Source of the DNA: Macrostomum lignano
Taxonomy: Eukaryota
NCBI GenBank assembly: GCA_002269645.1
Contig: NIVC01005133.1
Span: 1 to 25,245, forward strand
Direction of reading: 5' to 3'
Length of the DNA stretch: 25,245 bases
Part shown: positions 21,461-25,245 of the stretch, piece by piece
Position numbering within the stretch: position 1 is the stretch's first letter
Layout of the letters: every line of letters begins with the position of its first letter
Translations under genes and position numbers: made by a program
The notes under the pieces: model-generated
Databases searched by the model: none
Seen by the model: only the letters and a program-made list of their open reading frames with translations
What the model was told of the DNA's origin: nothing

Positions 21461-22395
21461 ATTAGCGACACTACACGCACTCTGTATAGCTGTTAAAAGA
21501 CGGAGGAAAGGGGAGAAAGGCTTACATGTACATGTATATAGCCAATCAGTGCGCCGCGCATGAAGAGCAACGATACCGCGTGCGCTGATTTGGCTGGGGC
21601 AATTGAAAATGGAGCGCTGCAAAACCAGCCTGCAGAACTGCAGGCTAAGAGGATCGAGATCGACATCCACGGCAACCGAGTGCAAAAAATTAATGGGTGG
21701 ATTCAGAGACATGGTTACAATTCCCAAAAAATGCGCAAGCATCAGTACGTACATTATGGATCCGATCGAGCACATCATGTAAATTTTATGTTAACCTTAT
21801 ATGGCATGGGTATAACACATGTGACACTCAACCGCAAAAAATTGTTTTAGTGTCTCGAACGCATTGTTGATTCGGTATTCGCGGCGCATTAGGTACGTAT
21901 TTAATCGATGCTGATGTCTTATTAAGAGGAAAATTGTCGAAAAGATAACTAAGATTGCAATTTAAGTCTAAGTTAGTAGGATATGCTATATATTTATTTA
22001 ATAGTTTTTTTCCTTTATATAATTTCCTTTAAATAAGCAAATGTAAAGATACTGTAATAACGTATAGTTGTTTAAACTGTTGTGAAAACTGCAAGATAGT
22101 GCTAATTCAAACTACACAATTCGTTTCTTAGAAGTATAGTTTAACATTACAAGGAGGCACTCCTTGCTTGCTACTTGAACTTCCTTATTGAAACATGTAG
22201 CTTCCTTAAAACTATAAAAAACTTATGAAAAGGAAATCTTAATTTTGTAATGTTGCTTCTCAGCATAGTCGTGGTATCAAAGAAAGTTACTCTTTCGTGA
22301 TAGTGACTTCGTAAACAGCCAGTTGACTGTTGACTAGGCCTAATTAATATAGTACAGCAAAGAGTTTTATTCATAAGCAAGTTACGCCAAACGGC

Positions 22396-22653
22396 ATGGG
22401 TACCAGTGGAAATGGTACTACGACGCCTGTAAATAATCTGCATAAGAGAAGGGAACAGCTAACTGCATGGGAGACTTCTGAAGCCAACCAAGCATCAGCA
22501 AGTGTAAAAAACCCAGAAAGAGTGAAGTTTAAACCAGAAGTTGCTTTTCTTGCTGCATGCAATGCAACTGATTATGATGAGATTTCGAGATTTCTAAAAG
22601 ACAAGGTCGACATTAACACCAGTAACATTGATGGCCTGACAGCCTTGCACCAG
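22396..22653 (+). CDS. PPP1R12: First coding exon of a myosin phosphatase targeting subunit (MYPT1/PPP1R12 family, Mbs/mel-11-like)
   Basis: Encodes KRREQLTAW (MyPhoNE-like), the RVKF PP1-docking motif and VAFLAAC...DINTSNIDGLTALHQ, closely paralleling MYPT1 KVKFDDGAVFLAAC...DINYANVDGLTALHQ. ATG context is GGCATGG and the donor is CAG|GTTTGT at phase 0. Confidence 0.92.
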
Positions 22654-24317
22654 GTTTGTTTATTTGGAATAAATGTGATACATTTTAGGCAATGTTTTAT
22701 TTAGCTGTTAATAGTGAAATGGTCATTTTAATAACCCTTTAATCTACTTAATATTTTTTGTTTTAAAAAAAATTATACTATTTTTGTTATTTATAATTAT
22801 AGGAGTAAATATGCTAGTTTATATAAATATTGCATGTTTGCTTATTCTTAATTTAACTTTAACTTGTATTGACTATTGAATTATAAAACATGCTTATTCA
22901 GTAGAATCTTTTTTGGATACTTATTTTCATACATTTTATTTTATTGACATGGTGAGTACATTCTAAGAAAATCCAAGAAAATTTAATATATATTGCAATC
23001 AAAAAGAATATTATAAAGAGAAAAAAATGAAATGACCATTTTATATTTTATATTGTTCTAATCTAATTAAAGTAAGTTAAAATAACATGGCATTTTTTTA
23101 AAATAGTATGGGCTATATTATTTATCTATTATATATTTTTATTTTATGTTTCCAATCCTGTAGATTTATAATCAGTTGCTTAATAGTGTGCCTGAATAAT
23201 ATATATATTAATGTATTCTTGTTTTTTATCCAATGTATGTAGAGTCTATATTATATTTATAAGTTACTTAAATTGATATGCAATCTTAATAATTGCCAAA
23301 TTTTATCTGACTTCTAAAGAAAAGCAATTTATTTAGAAGTTAAAAATTTGATTGACTTCAATTGACTCTACTAAAGTAATTTTTTCTAATATATAACAAT
23401 TATAACAACTTTAACCTCAATTATATAATAATTTTTCCTGTATGAGGAACTTTTCATTTTTTTACCCAGTAAGTTAAAATGCTCCAATTGTGTTCCTTCC
23501 TATTTTAAGTCTATATTATCTATTAAAGAATGTTCAAAGCATAAAAAATCTATTAAATGATTATGTCACATGTGCATAAAAATATAATATATAATTTTTA
23601 TGCTAAAATAAATAGAATTGTTATTGAATTTGTTGAATCAAAATAGTACATTTGGATCATAAAATAATATTTTAATATTTTTGTAGGCTTTAATTTAATA
23701 TTTTTGTAGCTCATTGATTGTATAAGTTAGGCTAAGTCAAATATTTGATAAAATATTTATTTTTTAAAACAAAAATGCTTTAGTTATGTATTGTAAATCT
23801 TTTAGGTTTATCATATTACTTATGTATAATCATGGTATCAAATTTAGTGATTTTCTATCACAATTTATATTTATTATTTAGCTATGTTTTTAGATCCATC
23901 TATTTATAAGTTCAAGCAATTATTTAATAATGGAAAGTAACTAGGTAATTTCTAAAAAAAGAATTAATATATATCTTGATGGAAGGCCAATAATAATATA
24001 ATTTTAGTAAAATAGGTTTTTATTATAATGTTTAATTTTTAAATCTTATAAACTATGTATTATAAACAATTAACTAATTGTAAAATAGTAAATAATAGCT
24101 TATCAAAGATTATATTTCTTACTTTTTTAATAGTAAACTAGAAATGAGTAAATTGGAAAGCTTTTTGATACAATGAAATAAGTAAAGTCTAGTAGATAAA
24201 AAGCTTTATTGCATGAAAAATTAGACTTACATTTTTTTTCTATTGTTTCTTTAATTAAAAATATACAAATAGTGATGCATATACTAATGCAAAATTATAC
24301 TATATCTAAAATTTTAG

Positions 24318-24471
24318 GCATGCATTGACAATAAGTTGGATCTGATCAAGTTTTTAATTGAGCATGGAGCTGATATTCATGCTAGAGATAGTGAAGGTTG
24401 GACACCACTACATGCCACAGCACTGGTGGCCATACGGAAGTGGCCAAGTACCTACTTAAGAAGGTGCTAAG
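24318..24471 (+). CDS. PPP1R12: Second coding exon of the MYPT/PPP1R12-family gene (ankyrin repeats), with two apparent 1-nt deletions
   Basis: attttag acceptor, then ACIDNKLDLIKFLIEHGADIHARDSEGWTPLHATA, then frame-shifted GGHTEVAKYLLK and GAK, ending at an AAG|GTAAGA donor. The exon is 154 nt, and 156 nt would restore 52 codons. Confidence 0.9.
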
Positions 24472-24539
24472 GTAAGACATAATTTAACTGATGAATTAGA
24501 CGTCGATTGAATATGATTAGGAAAATCTTTAATTTTCTA

Positions 24540-25245
24540 ATGACTCACAGAGTAACTTTGACCCAGATCAAATGACTCATGCAGACGTAACCTTGACCCA
24601 GATCAAATGACTTACGTAGACAGTAACCTTGACCCAGATCAAATGACTCACATAGACAGTAACCTTGACCCAGATCAAATGACTCATGTAGACAGTAACC
24701 TTGACCCAGATCAAATGACTCACGCAGACATTCACATTGACCCAGGTCAAATGGATCACGTAGACAGTAACATTGACCCAGATCAAATGGCTCATGTAGA
24801 CAATAACCTTGATCCAGATCAAATGACTCACGTAGACAGTAACCTTGACCCAGATCAAATAACTCACGTAGACAGTAACCTTGACCAGATAAAATGACTC
24901 ACGCAGACAGTCACATTGACCCAGGTCAAATGACTCACATAGACAATAACCTTGACCCAGATCAAATGACTCACGTAGACAGTAACCTTGACCCAAATCA
25001 AATGACTTACACAGACAGTCACCTTGACCCAGATCAAATGACTTACGCAGACAGTCACCTTGACCCAGATCAAATGACTTACGCAGACAGTCACCTTGAC
25101 CCAGATCAAATGACTTACGCAGACAGTCACCTTGACCCAGATCAAATGACTCACGCAGACAGTCACCTTGACCCAGATAAAATGACTCACGCAGACAGTC
25201 ACATTGACCCAGGTCAAATGACTCACATAGACAATAACCTTGACC
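24540..25245. repeat. 36-bp minisatellite (GATCAAATGACTCACGTAGACAGTAACCTTGACCCA)n in MYPT intron 2, truncated by the window end
   Basis: 36-bp periodicity, about 19 copies. It is the source of the DPDQMTHVDSNL and SHLIWVKVTV ORFs. Confidence 0.98.

Noticed and set aside
22654-22704. VCLFGINVIHFRQCFI extension of the MYPT ORF
   Set aside because: Intron read-through. Homology resumes at 24318 with ACID.
24577-25226. DPDQMTHVDSNL and SHLIWVKVTV repeat ORFs
   Set aside because: Translations of the 36-bp intronic array, open on both strands.

Overview
Intron-rich animal (probably invertebrate) genomic DNA holding two head-to-head genes. On the - strand are six phase-linked 3' exons (10409 to 1790) of an unidentified gene encoding a long, disordered, Gln/Ser/acidic C-terminal region rich in basophilic kinase sites. 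Its 5' exons probably lie at 11-21 kb but could not be resolved. On the + strand are the first two coding exons of a MYPT1/PPP1R12-family PP1 regulatory subunit (MyPhoNE-like motif, RVKF, ankyrin repeats). About 15 different minisatellites (12-45 bp units) fill the introns and explain most ORFs in the supplied track. Two tRNA/CORE-type SINE copies lie in inverted orientation around two exons. The left end has an A-B-A-X-B duplication. Four single-base frame breaks in exons can all be repaired by lengthening a base run by one, which suggests long-read consensus errors. All calls were made by eye without database searches.
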